The position numbers and the translations under genes were made by a program. The notes under the pieces were generated by a model. The model had not been told where the DNA came from, made no database searches, and was given only the letters and a program-made list of their open reading frames with translations. Shown piece by piece: positions 43,231 to 53,619 of a DNA stretch of 64,000 bases. The stretch's first letter is position 1. Each line of letters opens with the position of its first letter. Source of the DNA: Escherichia coli (GTDB taxonomy: Bacteria > Pseudomonadota > Gammaproteobacteria > Enterobacterales > Enterobacteriaceae); NCBI RefSeq assembly GCF_003334815.1, contig NZ_QOWO01000018.1, one strand, 5' to 3'.

Positions 43231-43566
43231 ATGGGGATCAGTTTTCAACAGGCATTGGGAGTACATCCGCAGGCAGTGAAGTTACGTCTTGAGAGGACCG
43301 AGCTACTGACTGCGAATCTGGCGAACGTCGATACGCCAAATTTCAAGGCTAAAGATATTGATTTTGCCAGGGAGATGCAACGGGCAAATAACGCGGCGGT
43401 GGATGTCCAGTACCGCGTGCCGATGCAGCCGTCGGAAGATGGCAACACCGTGGAGCTGAACAGCGAACAGGCGCGGTTTTCACAAAATAGTATGGATTAT
43501 CAAAGCAGTCTGACCTTTCTGAATCTGCAAATCAGCGGCATCAGAGAGGCCATTGAAGGGAAATAA
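43231..43566 (+). CDS. lfgB: Lateral flagellar proximal rod protein, FlgB homologue
   Basis: ORF 43201..43566; ATG at 43231 chosen because the ORF-track start overlaps the promoter/TSS; FlgB-like N-terminus. Confidence 0.75.
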   Translation: MGISFQQALGVHPQAVKLRLERTELLTANLANVDTPNFKAKDIDFAREMQRANNAAVDVQYRVPMQPSEDGNTVELNSEQARFSQNSMDYQSSLTFLNLQISGIREAIEGK

Positions 43567-43568
43567 GC

Positions 43569-44000
43569 ATGTCATTTACTGATATCTATCAGATTTCCGG
43601 CTCGGCGATGACGGCACAGACCATTCGCCTGAATACCGTCGCCAGTAACCTGGCGAACGCCGAGGCGCCTGCCGGTAGCGAGGCGCAGGCGTATAAAGCG
43701 CGCAGCCCGGTGTTTGCGGCGGTGTATCACCACAGCTTGCTGGCGGGTACACATCGTCATGCCATTGACGCTGCCAGCGTGCAGGTGCAGGACGTGCTGC
43801 AAACCGGCGGGGCGGTGAAACGCTATGAACCGCATTCACCTCTGGCGGATGCTAACGGGGATGTCTGGTATCCCGACGTCAACGTGGTGGAACAGATGGC
43901 GGACATGATGTCGGCTTCGCGCGATTTCGAAACCAATGTCGATGTGCTCAACAACGTGAAAAGTATGCAGCAAAGTTTGCTGAAACTGGGAGAAGCCTGA
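43569..44000 (+). CDS. lfgC: Lateral flagellar rod protein, FlgC homologue
   Basis: 143-aa ORF with conserved rod-protein N- and C-terminal segments. Confidence 0.8.
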   Translation: MSFTDIYQISGSAMTAQTIRLNTVASNLANAEAPAGSEAQAYKARSPVFAAVYHHSLLAGTHRHAIDAASVQVQDVLQTGGAVKRYEPHSPLADANGDVWYPDVNVVEQMADMMSASRDFETNVDVLNNVKSMQQSLLKLGEA

Positions 44001-44713
44001 TGAATACCCTGGCGCTGAATGCGCAATCGCCGCAGCCGACCGCCACGGCGGAAAGCAATAATGTGGCGGCCAGCGACACGACAAGCAGCAGCGATAGCTC
44101 GCCCGTCGATACCTTCCTGACGCTGTTTGTCGCCGAGATCCAAAACCAGGACCCGACCGACCCAACCGACGCCACCGAATATATCGACCAGCTTTCGTCG
44201 ATGGCGCAGGTGGCGATGATGGAAGAGATGAGCGTGCAGGCCAACACCAACGCGGTGCTGATGAGCAACATTCAGGTGATGGCGCTCGGCAACCTGGTGG
44301 GCGACGACATTATGGTGCAGACCACCGCCTTGCAGGTCAGCGACCAGACCATTAACGGTCGCGCCACGCTGGACGACGCCTGTACCACCGCCGATCTCCA
44401 CTTTACCGATGCCGCAGGCGATGACTACACCGTCTCGCTGATCCCGCAAGGTAGTTCGTCCGTCGGGCCAGGCCAGGTGGATTTCTCGGTGGATCCCGCC
44501 GATTACGGCATCCCGCCGGGCGATTACGACGTTTCGGTGGTGACCAACACCGGCGAAGAAGAGGTGCCGATTGAAGTCTCCGGCGAAGTAGAAGATGTGC
44601 GCATCCCGCTCGACGGCAGCTCTCCGGTGCTCAACGTTGCAGGCGTGGGCGAAGTGCCGTTCACCATGATTAGCCAGTTTGGCGTACCCGATGCCGACAG
44701 TGATGTGGCGTGA
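44000..44713 (+). CDS. lfgD: Lateral flagellar hook capping protein, FlgD homologue
   Basis: 237-aa ORF with FlgD N-terminal motif (DTFLTLFVAEIQNQDPTDP). Confidence 0.8.
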   Translation: MNTLALNAQSPQPTATAESNNVAASDTTSSSDSSPVDTFLTLFVAEIQNQDPTDPTDATEYIDQLSSMAQVAMMEEMSVQANTNAVLMSNIQVMALGNLVGDDIMVQTTALQVSDQTINGRATLDDACTTADLHFTDAAGDDYTVSLIPQGSSSVGPGQVDFSVDPADYGIPPGDYDVSVVTNTGEEEVPIEVSGEVEDVRIPLDGSSPVLNVAGVGEVPFTMISQFGVPDADSDVA

Positions 44714-44717
44714 TGTC

Positions 44718-44816
44718 CGGTGCCAAATTGCCTGATGCGCTTCGCTTATCAGGCCTACATGAAACTGCATTGTTTTGTAGGCCGGATAAGGTGTTCACGC
44801 CGCATCCGGCAAAACA
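44718..44816. repeat. REP pair (BIME) between lfgD and lfgE
   Basis: Two inverted REP palindromes. Confidence 0.7.
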
Positions 44817-44856
44817 ACGGGCACGCTGTCAAAATTTGAATTAACAGGAAGACACA

Positions 44857-46059
44857 ATGAGTTATGAAATTGCCGCGACGGGGCTGAATGCCGTTAACGA
44901 ACAACTGGACGGGATCAGTAACAACATCGCCAACGCCGGAACGGTGGGCTATAAGTCGATGACCACTCAGTTTTCAGCTATGTATGCCGGAAGTCAGGCG
45001 ATGGGCGTCAGCGTGGCGGGTACGGCGCAGAGCATTTCGCGCGGCGGTTCGCTGGTCTCCACCGGTAACGCGCTGGATCTGGCGATTAACGACGACGGCT
45101 TTTTTGTTACCTGCGACAGCGCGGGCAACATTTCCTACACCCGCGCCGGATCGTTTGAAACCGACAAAAACGGCTATATCGTCAACGCCTCGGGCGCTTA
45201 TTTGCAGGGCTATCCGGTCGATGACACTGGCACTCTGCAAACCGGTACGGTCACCGATATCCAGATCAAAACCGGCAATATCCCGGCGCAGGCCAGCAGC
45301 AGCCTGACTTTTACCGCCAACTTCGATGCCAGCGACGATGCTATCGACCGTACAACCGTACCGTTTGATGCGACCAACAGCAGCTCGTACACCGACAGCT
45401 ACACCACCACGGTATATGACTCATTAGGCAACGAACATTCGGTATGCCAGTACTTCACCAAAACCAGCGATAACACCTGGGAAGTGCAGTACACCTTCGA
45501 CGGTCAGCAGCAGACTGGTGTTCCGGCGACGACGTTAACCTTCGACCCGAACACCGGGAAGCTGACCTCGCCAACCACGCCGCAGACCATTGAATTTCAA
45601 ACCGACGCCGCCGCACCCATCGACTTAACCGTCGATTACTCGACCTGTACGCAATACGGCTCGGACTTCTCGGTCACCACCAACGCCGCCAACGGCTACG
45701 CTTCCGCGACTCAGAACGGTGTGCAGGTCGATGACGATGGCAAAGTTTACGCTACCTACAGCAACGGCGAGCGCATGTTGCAGGGCCAGGTGGTGCTGGC
45801 GACTTTCCCGAATGAAAACGGACTCGAAGCGGTAAGCGGCACCGCGTGGGTACAAACCGGGGAATCCGGTACCCCGCTGATTGGCGTTCCCGGCTCCGGT
45901 ACCTGCGGTACGCTGTCGTCCGGCGTGCTCGAAAGCTCTAACGTCGATATCACCAGCGAACTGGTCAACCTGATGACCGCCCAGCGTAACTATCAGGCCA
46001 ACACCAAAGTTATCGCTACCAGCACGCAGCTCGATGACGCGCTGTTCCAGGCAATGTAA
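44857..46059 (+). CDS. lfgE: Lateral flagellar hook protein, FlgE homologue
   Basis: 400-aa ORF with conserved axial-protein N-terminus and C-terminus (MTAQRNYQANTKVI). Confidence 0.85.
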   Translation: MSYEIAATGLNAVNEQLDGISNNIANAGTVGYKSMTTQFSAMYAGSQAMGVSVAGTAQSISRGGSLVSTGNALDLAINDDGFFVTCDSAGNISYTRAGSFETDKNGYIVNASGAYLQGYPVDDTGTLQTGTVTDIQIKTGNIPAQASSSLTFTANFDASDDAIDRTTVPFDATNSSSYTDSYTTTVYDSLGNEHSVCQYFTKTSDNTWEVQYTFDGQQQTGVPATTLTFDPNTGKLTSPTTPQTIEFQTDAAAPIDLTVDYSTCTQYGSDFSVTTNAANGYASATQNGVQVDDDGKVYATYSNGERMLQGQVVLATFPNENGLEAVSGTAWVQTGESGTPLIGVPGSGTCGTLSSGVLESSNVDITSELVNLMTAQRNYQANTKVIATSTQLDDALFQAM

Positions 46060-46796
46060 TGGACCGCCTGATTTATACCGCCCTGAGCGGTGCTTCTCAG
46101 ACCCTGTACGAGCAGCAGATTAGCGCCAACAACCTGGCGAACGTCAACACCAACGGTTTTCGCGCCGATATGGCAATGGCAACCAACGACAAGGTGAAAG
46201 GCGGCGGCTTCGACACGCGCTATATGGCGCAGGAAGGGGCCAGCGGCGTGAACGACAGCACGGGTGTAGCGGAGAAAACCGAACGCCCGCTGGACGTGGC
46301 GATTCAGGGCGCGGGTTACATTGCGGTGCAGGATAAAAACGGCAACGAAGTGTATACCCGCAACGGCAACATTCAGCAGGACGACCAGGGGCAACTGGCC
46401 ATCGACGGCAATCTGGTGCTGGGGGATAACGGCCCGATCATTCTGCCGCCGAATGCCATTGCTTCGTTTGGCAGCGACGGCACGCTGTCGGTGACGCCCG
46501 ATGACGGCGACGTGACCGCGACGATGGATATCGACCGCCTGAAGCTGGTGGATATCCCGGTCGCTAACCTGGCGAAAAATCCTGAAGGGATGTTGATAAC
46601 GGCGGACGGCGTTCCGGCCCAGCGCGATGAAAATATCAAAGTCAGCGGCGGTTTTCTCGAGGGCAGCAACGTCTCGGCGGTGAGCGAAATGATGTCGTCC
46701 ATCGCCATGAACCGCCAGTTCGAAGCGCAGATCAAGATGATGAAAACCGCCGAAGATATCAGCGACGCGGGCAACCGCTTATTGCGCGGCTCGTAA
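46059..46796 (+). CDS. lfgF: Lateral flagellar rod protein, FlgF homologue
   Basis: 245-aa axial protein with conserved termini (NRQFEAQIKMMKTAED). Confidence 0.8.
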   Translation: MDRLIYTALSGASQTLYEQQISANNLANVNTNGFRADMAMATNDKVKGGGFDTRYMAQEGASGVNDSTGVAEKTERPLDVAIQGAGYIAVQDKNGNEVYTRNGNIQQDDQGQLAIDGNLVLGDNGPIILPPNAIASFGSDGTLSVTPDDGDVTATMDIDRLKLVDIPVANLAKNPEGMLITADGVPAQRDENIKVSGGFLEGSNVSAVSEMMSSIAMNRQFEAQIKMMKTAEDISDAGNRLLRGS

Positions 46797-46802
46797 CCGC
46801 AC

Positions 46803-46848
46803 ATCGTAGGCCGGATAAGGCGTTCACGCCGCATCCGGCAACCGCGGC
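46803..46848. repeat. Single REP element between lfgF and lfgG
   Basis: gtaggccggataaggcgttcacgccgcatccggca. Confidence 0.7.
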
Positions 46849-46874
46849 CCAAAAATAACACGGAATTTACCACC

Positions 46875-47660
46875 ATGAACGCAGCATTATGGATCAGCAA
46901 AACCGGCCTCTCGGCGCAGGATGCTGAAATGAGCGCGATTGCCAACAACATCGCCAACGTTAATACCACCGGCTTCAAGCGCGACCGGGTGATGTTTCAG
47001 GATCTGTTCTACCAGACCCAGGAAGCGCCGGGCGCGATGCTCGACCAGAACAACATCATGCCGACCGGGCTGCAATTCGGTAGCGGCGTGCGCATTGTCG
47101 GTACCCAGAAAACCTTCACCGAAGGCAACGTCGAAACCACCGACAACGCGATGAATGTCGCCATTATGGGGCAGGGATTTTTGCAGGTGCAAAAGGCTAA
47201 CGGCGATATCGCCTATACCCGCGATGGCAACTTGCAGGTGAACGCCGACGGCGTGCTGACCAACTCGCAGGGCTTGCCGTTGCAGCCGGAAATCGACGTT
47301 CCGGCAGGGGCCACCAACGTCGCGTTTGGTGAGGATGGCACAGTGACGGCGATCTTACCCGGCGACAGCGACGCGACCGAGTTAGGGCAACTGACGCTGG
47401 TTAACTTCGCCAACCCGGCGGGGCTTTCCGCCGAGGGCGACAACCTGTATCTGGAAACCGCCGCCAGCGGTCAGCCGACAGAAGGTGTGCCGGGCGAAGA
47501 TGGGCTTGGCACTTTGCAGGACAACGCACTGGAAGGCTCGAACGTGGATATCGTCAACGAAATGGTGGCGATGATTACGGTGCAACGCGCGTACGAGATG
47601 AACGCCAAAATGGTGTCGGCGGCGGACGATATGTTGCAGTACATCAGCCAGACGCTGTAA
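46875..47660 (+). CDS. lfgG: Lateral flagellar distal rod protein, FlgG homologue
   Basis: 261-aa ORF with typical FlgG termini (MNAALWISKTGLSAQ...; ITVQRAYEMNAKMVS). Confidence 0.85.
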   Translation: MNAALWISKTGLSAQDAEMSAIANNIANVNTTGFKRDRVMFQDLFYQTQEAPGAMLDQNNIMPTGLQFGSGVRIVGTQKTFTEGNVETTDNAMNVAIMGQGFLQVQKANGDIAYTRDGNLQVNADGVLTNSQGLPLQPEIDVPAGATNVAFGEDGTVTAILPGDSDATELGQLTLVNFANPAGLSAEGDNLYLETAASGQPTEGVPGEDGLGTLQDNALEGSNVDIVNEMVAMITVQRAYEMNAKMVSAADDMLQYISQTL

Positions 47661-47664
47661 GGCG

Positions 47665-47833
47665 AAATGTCGGATGCGACGCTGACGCCCTTGTAGGCAC
47701 GATAAGCGAGTGGACGGTGCACATAGTTTGGTTGATTAACCGTTTATAAACCGTCCACACGCGCATCGGGCAATGTGCACACGCTTGTTGTCGGATGCGA
47801 CGCTGACGCGTCTTATCCGACCTACAAGAGCAC
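47665..47833. repeat. REP cluster with an internal hairpin between lfgG and lfgH
   Basis: REP-like palindromes at both ends; central gtggacgg...ccgtccac inverted repeat. Confidence 0.6.
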
Positions 47834-47863
47834 ATAACTCACTGTATTTAAAACAGGCAGAAC

Positions 47864-48529
47864 GTGAAAAATTATCTCTGGCTGGTGGCACTGCTTCCCC
47901 TGCTTAGCGGGTGTGAATCGCAGGCCATTCTGGTCAAAAAAGACGACGCATACTTTGCGCCACCGAAAACCGAAGCACCGCCTCCGGCAGACGGGCGTGC
48001 TGGCGGTGTATTTGAAACTGGCTACAACTGGTCGCTGACCGCCGATCGGCGGGCTTATCGCGTGGGCGATATCCTGACGGTGATCCTCGAAGAATCCACC
48101 CAGTCGAGCAAACAGGCGAAAACCAACTTCGGCAAAAGCAACACCGTCGATATCGGCGCACCGACCATTTTTGGTCACACTAAAGATAAGCTTTCCGGCT
48201 CTATCGACGCCAACCGCGACTTTGACGGCAGCGCCACTTCCCAGCAGCAGAACAGCCTGCGCGGGGAGATCACCGTTTCCGTCCATGCGGTGCAGCCCAA
48301 CGGCATCCTGGAAATTCGCGGCGAGAAATGGCTCACCCTCAACCAGGGCGATGAGTACATCCGCTTAAGCGGCCTGGTGCGCGCCGACGACATCCAGAAC
48401 GACAACTCGGTTTCCTCCCAGCGGATCGCCGACGCCCGTATCTCCTATGCCGGACGTGGCGCGTTAAGCGACGCCAATGCCGCAGGCTGGCTGACGCGGT
48501 TGTTTAACCATCCTCTGTTCCCGATTTAA
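47864..48529 (+). CDS. lfgH: Lateral flagellar L-ring lipoprotein, FlgH homologue
   Basis: GTG start; lipoprotein signal with lipobox LLSGC; FlgH-like. Confidence 0.8.
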   Translation: MKNYLWLVALLPLLSGCESQAILVKKDDAYFAPPKTEAPPPADGRAGGVFETGYNWSLTADRRAYRVGDILTVILEESTQSSKQAKTNFGKSNTVDIGAPTIFGHTKDKLSGSIDANRDFDGSATSQQQNSLRGEITVSVHAVQPNGILEIRGEKWLTLNQGDEYIRLSGLVRADDIQNDNSVSSQRIADARISYAGRGALSDANAAGWLTRLFNHPLFPI

Positions 48530-48543
48530 TGCCGGAGAGTGCA

Positions 48544-49644
48544 ATGCAAAACTGGATAAAAACAGTGGTCGTAGCCGTAAGCCTGGCGCTACCCGGCGTG
48601 GTGCTGGCGCAATCGCTGGAGTCACTGGTTAACGTACAGGGCGTGCGTGAAAACCAACTGGTCGGCTACAGCCTGGTGGTCGGCCTCGACGGTACCGGTG
48701 ATAAAAACCAGGTCAAATTCACCAACCAGACCATCACCAATATGCTGCGCCAGTTTGGCGTGCAGTTGCCGAATAAAATCGACCCGAAGGTGAAAAACGT
48801 CGCCGCAGTGGCGGTGAGCGCCACGTTGCCGCCGATGTACTCGCGCGGGCAGACCATTGATGTCACCGTCTCGTCGATTGGCGATGCGAAAAGTATTCGC
48901 GGCGGCACCTTGCTGTTGACGCAGTTGCACGGCGCAGATGGTGAAGTGTATGCCCTGGCGCAGGGCAGCGTGGTGGTCGGCGGGATGAACGCCACCGGGG
49001 CTAGTGGCTCCAGCGTAACGGTTAATACTCCAACCGCCGGGTTAATTCCTAACGGCGCAACGGTGGAGCGCGAGATCCCCAGCGATTTTCAGATGGGCGA
49101 CACTATCACCCTCAACCTGAAACGTCCGTCGTTTAAAGACGCTAACAACATTGCGGCGGCGATTAACGCCTCGTTTGGTGGCATTGCCACCGCACAGAGT
49201 TCCACCAACGTTACCGTGCGTGCGCCTACCAGCCCCGGTGCGCGGGTGGCGTTTATGTCGCAACTGGACGATGTGCAGGTGCAGGCAGAGAAAATCCGCG
49301 CTCGCGTGGTGTTTAACTCGCGTACCGGCACGGTGGTGATGGGCGATGGCGTTGCGCTGCACGCGGCGGCGGTGTCGCACGGCAGTTTGACCGTTTCGAT
49401 TAACGAAACCAGCAACGTCAGCCAGCCGAATTCCTTTGCGGGCGGGCGCACGGCGGTAACGCCGCAGAGCAATATCGCGGTGAATCATGCCCGTCCGGGC
49501 GTGGTGAGTTTGCCGGAGTCGAGCAGCCTGAAAACGCTGGTCAATGCGTTGAACAGTTTAGGTGCGACGCCGGATGACATTATGTCAATTTTGCAGGCGC
49601 TGCATGAAGCGGGCGCGCTGGATGCCGACCTGGAGGTGATCTGA
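48544..49644 (+). CDS. lfgI: Lateral flagellar P-ring protein, FlgI homologue
   Basis: Signal peptide [23 protein letters not shown]; FlgI-like; ATG at 48544. Confidence 0.85.
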   Translation: MQNWIKTVVVAVSLALPGVVLAQSLESLVNVQGVRENQLVGYSLVVGLDGTGDKNQVKFTNQTITNMLRQFGVQLPNKIDPKVKNVAAVAVSATLPPMYSRGQTIDVTVSSIGDAKSIRGGTLLLTQLHGADGEVYALAQGSVVVGGMNATGASGSSVTVNTPTAGLIPNGATVEREIPSDFQMGDTITLNLKRPSFKDANNIAAAINASFGGIATAQSSTNVTVRAPTSPGARVAFMSQLDDVQVQAEKIRARVVFNSRTGTVVMGDGVALHAAAVSHGSLTVSINETSNVSQPNSFAGGRTAVTPQSNIAVNHARPGVVSLPESSSLKTLVNALNSLGATPDDIMSILQALHEAGALDADLEVI

Positions 49645-49943
49645 TGAAAGTTAACGGCAGCGGCGGGATTGACGGCAGCGATGCGTTAATGGGGCCGAAG
49701 GTTCAGGCCAATGATATCAGGCAGGCCGCCGAACAGTTTGAGGCGATTTTTTTACGCAACATGCTGAAAGAGATGCGTAAAACCAACGAGTTGTTTGATT
49801 CGAAAGATAACCCATTTAACAGCGATTCGGTGCGCATGATGCAGGGATTTTATGACGATGAGTTGTGTAACACCCTGGCGCAGCAGCACGGGATTGGGAT
49901 TGCGGCGATGATTGTGAAGCAGTTGTCGCCGAAGCATAGGTGA
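49644..49943 (+). CDS. lfgJ: FlgJ homologue, rod-binding domain only (no muramidase domain)
   Basis: 99-aa ORF with FlgJ N-terminal motif (AAEQFEAIFLRNMLKEMR). Confidence 0.7.
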   Translation: MKVNGSGGIDGSDALMGPKVQANDIRQAAEQFEAIFLRNMLKEMRKTNELFDSKDNPFNSDSVRMMQGFYDDELCNTLAQQHGIGIAAMIVKQLSPKHR

Positions 49944-49951
49944 AGCTCCGA

Positions 49952-50175
<224 letters not shown>

Positions 50176-50246
50176 GTTTACGGAATTTAAGAATCCCCAT
50201 CTTCACGCCGCTTTTAACCGGCACGATTTACCGGTAAGGATCCAAC

Positions 50247-51623
50247 ATGGACATGATTAACATCGGCTACAGCGGCGCATCAACCGCGCAGGTGGAGCTG
50301 AACGTCACGGCGCAAAACACCGCTAACGCCATGATCACTGGCTACACTCGCCAGGTGGCGGAGATCAGCACCATCGGTGCCAGCGGCGGTTCGCCGAACA
50401 GCGCCGGTAACGGCGTACAGGTGGACAGCATTCGCCGCGTCTCCAACCAGTATCAGGTGAATCAGGTGTGGTATGCCGCCAGCGATTACGGCTATTACAG
50501 CACCCAGCAGGGGTATCTCAGCCAACTGGAAGCGGTACTAAGCGACGATAACAGCAGCCTGAGCGGCGGCTTCGATAACTTCTTCGCCGCCCTTAACGAA
50601 GCGACCACCAGCCCCGATGATTCCGCCCTGCGCGAGCAGGTGATCAGCGAAGCCGGGGCGCTGTCGTTGCGTATTGATAACACGCTCGATTACGTCGACT
50701 CGCAAAGCACGGAAATCATCAGCCAGCAGCAGGCGATGGTGTCGCAAATCAACACGCTCACCAGCGGTATCGCCAGCTATAACCAGCAAATTGCTCAGGC
50801 CGAAGCCAACGGTGATAACGCCTCTGCGCTGTACGACGCCCGCGATCAGATGGTGGAAGAACTGAGCGGGATGATGGAAGTGCAGGTCAATATCGACGAC
50901 CAGGGCAACTACAACGTCACCCTGAAAAACGGTCAGCCGCTGGTGAGCGGGCAACAAAGCTCGACCATCGCGCTGGAAACCAACGCCGACGGCACGCCGA
51001 CCATGTCGCTGACCTTCGCTGGCACCACCTCGACGATGACCACCGACACTGGAGGTTCATTAGGCGCACTGTTTGATTATCAAAACGATGTGCTGACGCC
51101 GTTGACCGACACCATCAACAGCATGGCCTCGCAGTTTGCCGATGCGGTCAACAACCAGCTGGCGCAGGGCTACGATCTCAACGGTAACCCCGGCGAGCCG
51201 CTGTTTATTTATGACGCCAGCAATGCCGATGGCCCACTGACCGTTAACCCGGATATCACCGCCGATGAGCTGGCGTTTTCCAGTTCGCCGGACGAAAGCG
51301 GTAACAGCGACAACCTGCAGGCGCTGATCAACATCTCCACCGAACCGCTGGAAATTGCCAATCTTGGCAGTGTGACGGTCGGGCAGGCGTGCTCGTCAAT
51401 CATCAGCAATATCGGCATTTACAGCCAGCAAAACCAGACGGAAGTCGATGCCGCGTCCAATGTCTATTCCGCAGCGCAAAACCAGCAGAGCAGCGTCAGC
51501 GGCGTCAGCATGGACGAAGAGGCGGTTAACCTGATCACCTATCAACAAATTTATGAAGCCAATCTGAAAGTCATTTCCGCCGGGGCCGAGATTTTCGATT
51601 CGGTGCTGGAAATGTGCAGCTAA
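50247..51623 (+). CDS. lfgK: Lateral flagellar hook-associated protein 1, FlgK homologue
   Basis: 458-aa ORF with axial-protein N-terminus and conserved C-terminus (ITYQQIYEANLKVISAG). Confidence 0.8.
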   Translation: MDMINIGYSGASTAQVELNVTAQNTANAMITGYTRQVAEISTIGASGGSPNSAGNGVQVDSIRRVSNQYQVNQVWYAASDYGYYSTQQGYLSQLEAVLSDDNSSLSGGFDNFFAALNEATTSPDDSALREQVISEAGALSLRIDNTLDYVDSQSTEIISQQQAMVSQINTLTSGIASYNQQIAQAEANGDNASALYDARDQMVEELSGMMEVQVNIDDQGNYNVTLKNGQPLVSGQQSSTIALETNADGTPTMSLTFAGTTSTMTTDTGGSLGALFDYQNDVLTPLTDTINSMASQFADAVNNQLAQGYDLNGNPGEPLFIYDASNADGPLTVNPDITADELAFSSSPDESGNSDNLQALINISTEPLEIANLGSVTVGQACSSIISNIGIYSQQNQTEVDAASNVYSAAQNQQSSVSGVSMDEEAVNLITYQQIYEANLKVISAGAEIFDSVLEMCS

Positions 51624-51637
51624 GCGGGAGCGCGAAA

Positions 51638-52567
51638 ATGCGAGTAACCACCCAACAAACCTACGTCTCGATGACGCAAAGTTTTAATGATCTCTCCGGC
51701 GATCTGGCGCATGTGGTCGAGCAGATGGCAACCGGCAAGCAGATTTTGCAGCCGTCCGATGACCCGATCGCCGCCACGCGCATTACCCAGTTAAACCGCC
51801 AGCAGTCGGCGATTGAGCAGTATCAGAGCAATATCGACTCCGCGTCGGCGGGGTTAAGCCAGCAGGAATCAATTCTCGATGGCGTCAACAACAGCCTGCT
51901 GGCGGTGCGTGACGACCTGCTGGAAGCAGCGAACGGCACCAATACCGCCGATTCGCTCGCAAGTCTCGGGCAGGATATTGAGTCGCTCACCGAATCAATG
52001 GTCGCGGCGCTGAACTATCAGGACGAAGACGGGCACTACGTGTTTGGCGGCACTATCAACGATCAGCCGCCGATTGTGGCGGTGGACGATGACGGCGACG
52101 GCGTGACCGATAGCTACAGCTATCAGGGCAACAGCGACCACCGCCAGACCACCGTTTCGAACGGCGTGGAAGTGGATACCAACGTGGCGGCGAGCGATTT
52201 CTTCGGTAGCAATTTAGATGTGCTCAACACGCTCAATTCGCTCTCTCAGGAGTTGCAAGCCCCCAACGTTGACCCGGCAGATCCGCAGGTGCAGAGCGAT
52301 ATTCAGAACGCCGTTGATGTGGTGGATACCGCTTCGGACGATCTCAACGCCTCAATTGCGTCGCTTGGCGAGACGCAGAACACCATGTCGATGCTGAGCG
52401 ATGCGCAGACCGATATTTCTACCTCTAATGATGAGTTGATTGGTTCTTTACAGGATCTCGATTACGGCCCGGCGTCGATCACCTTTACCGGACTGGAAGT
52501 GGCAATGGAAGCTACTCTCAAGACTTACTCGAAAGTGAGTGAGTTGAATTTGTTCAGCGTTCTCTAA
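51638..52567 (+). CDS. lfgL: Lateral flagellar hook-associated protein 3, FlgL homologue
   Basis: ATG at 51638 chosen (the ORF-track start is a GTG overlapping the lfgK stop); flagellin-like terminal helices. Confidence 0.75.
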   Translation: MRVTTQQTYVSMTQSFNDLSGDLAHVVEQMATGKQILQPSDDPIAATRITQLNRQQSAIEQYQSNIDSASAGLSQQESILDGVNNSLLAVRDDLLEAANGTNTADSLASLGQDIESLTESMVAALNYQDEDGHYVFGGTINDQPPIVAVDDDGDGVTDSYSYQGNSDHRQTTVSNGVEVDTNVAASDFFGSNLDVLNTLNSLSQELQAPNVDPADPQVQSDIQNAVDVVDTASDDLNASIASLGETQNTMSMLSDAQTDISTSNDELIGSLQDLDYGPASITFTGLEVAMEATLKTYSKVSELNLFSVL

Positions 52568-52583
52568 CTCTTTCAGGAACCGT

Positions 52584-53561
52584 ATGCAGGTCGGACTTAC
52601 TTCTTCGTCACTCGCCACCGGCAGCGCGCATAGCGCTGCGGTATCGTCGTCAACCGTTGCGCCCACTCAGGCGGTGCGGCAAAAACTCCCGGCGACGGCG
52701 AGTGAATATCCGGCCTCGCCGCTGATTACCACTCGCCCGCAGCGTTACAGCGTGCAGCTTAACGACCAGCTCACCACGTTGCAGCAGGCGGATCACTACC
52801 TCGGGCAACTGGAGCAGCAGTTGCTCGATTATCGTCACAGCCAGCGTAAGGGCGGGCAGGCGCAGAGTACGGCGCTGATGCAGATGCTGGACAAACGCAC
52901 CGCGCTTTCCGGCGGTGCGGTAGACCGCCAGTTGCAGCCAGTGTTGCAGGGCGAGGCGCGGGTGACTTTTCACTCGCCGGATCTGGCGAATCTCGTACAC
53001 AACCCCACGCCGGGAACGCGCATGTTCAGCGTCTCTGACGGGCGGCAGACTCAGCTTTCGGCGGTGATGCTGTCTGAGGATGACAGCGCCGCGCAGTATC
53101 AGACGCGGCTGACCAACGCCCTGCGCCGCGTGGGTGTGCAACTGCATCAGCAAGCGGACGGCATCAGCTTCTCCACCACCGAAAAGCAGTGGCCCAACAT
53201 TGAAAGCACCTTAAGCGTGCGCACCGATGGTGATAAGTCGGCGTTTATGCCGCTAAAAACCTTTGCCGAACCGTCGCAGGCCGAGCGTTTAGCGCAAAGC
53301 CTGCAACAGGGCGGGGCAGGGATTTCCCAGATGTTAGAAAACATTAATCAGCAGCGCGCGCAAATGGCGGTGCAGCAGGAAAAAGCCCGCCAGTTGATCG
53401 ACGGCATGTCCCGCTTCCCGCAAACGGAAAACGCCGTGCAGGCGTCGGAAAATCTCGGCGGCGTGTTGGATAGCGCGAATCATAACTATCAGGTGTTATT
53501 GCAGGCGGTGAATGGTCAGGCGCGAATTTCCAGCCAGACGGTGAGGAGTTTATTGGGATAA
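52584..53561 (+). CDS. lafW: Flag-2 hypothetical protein (Gln-rich, unknown function)
   Basis: 325-aa ORF after lfgL; no recognisable motifs; symbol from expected Flag-2 gene order only. Confidence 0.5.
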   Translation: MQVGLTSSSLATGSAHSAAVSSSTVAPTQAVRQKLPATASEYPASPLITTRPQRYSVQLNDQLTTLQQADHYLGQLEQQLLDYRHSQRKGGQAQSTALMQMLDKRTALSGGAVDRQLQPVLQGEARVTFHSPDLANLVHNPTPGTRMFSVSDGRQTQLSAVMLSEDDSAAQYQTRLTNALRRVGVQLHQQADGISFSTTEKQWPNIESTLSVRTDGDKSAFMPLKTFAEPSQAERLAQSLQQGGAGISQMLENINQQRAQMAVQQEKARQLIDGMSRFPQTENAVQASENLGGVLDSANHNYQVLLQAVNGQARISSQTVRSLLG

Positions 53562-53564
53562 TTA

Positions 53565-53615
53565 TCGGTAGGCCGGATAAGACGCGTTTAGCGTCGCATC
53601 CGGCATATATTGGCA
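53565..53615. repeat. Single REP element between convergent lafW and lafZ
   Basis: gtaggccggataagacgcgtttagcgtcgcatccggca. Confidence 0.7.
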
Positions 53616-53619
53616 CTCA

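Noticed and set aside
43823-44770. 315-aa ORF on the minus strand opposite lfgC and lfgD
   Set aside because: Antisense to FlgC/FlgD homologues; His/Arg-rich low-complexity translation.
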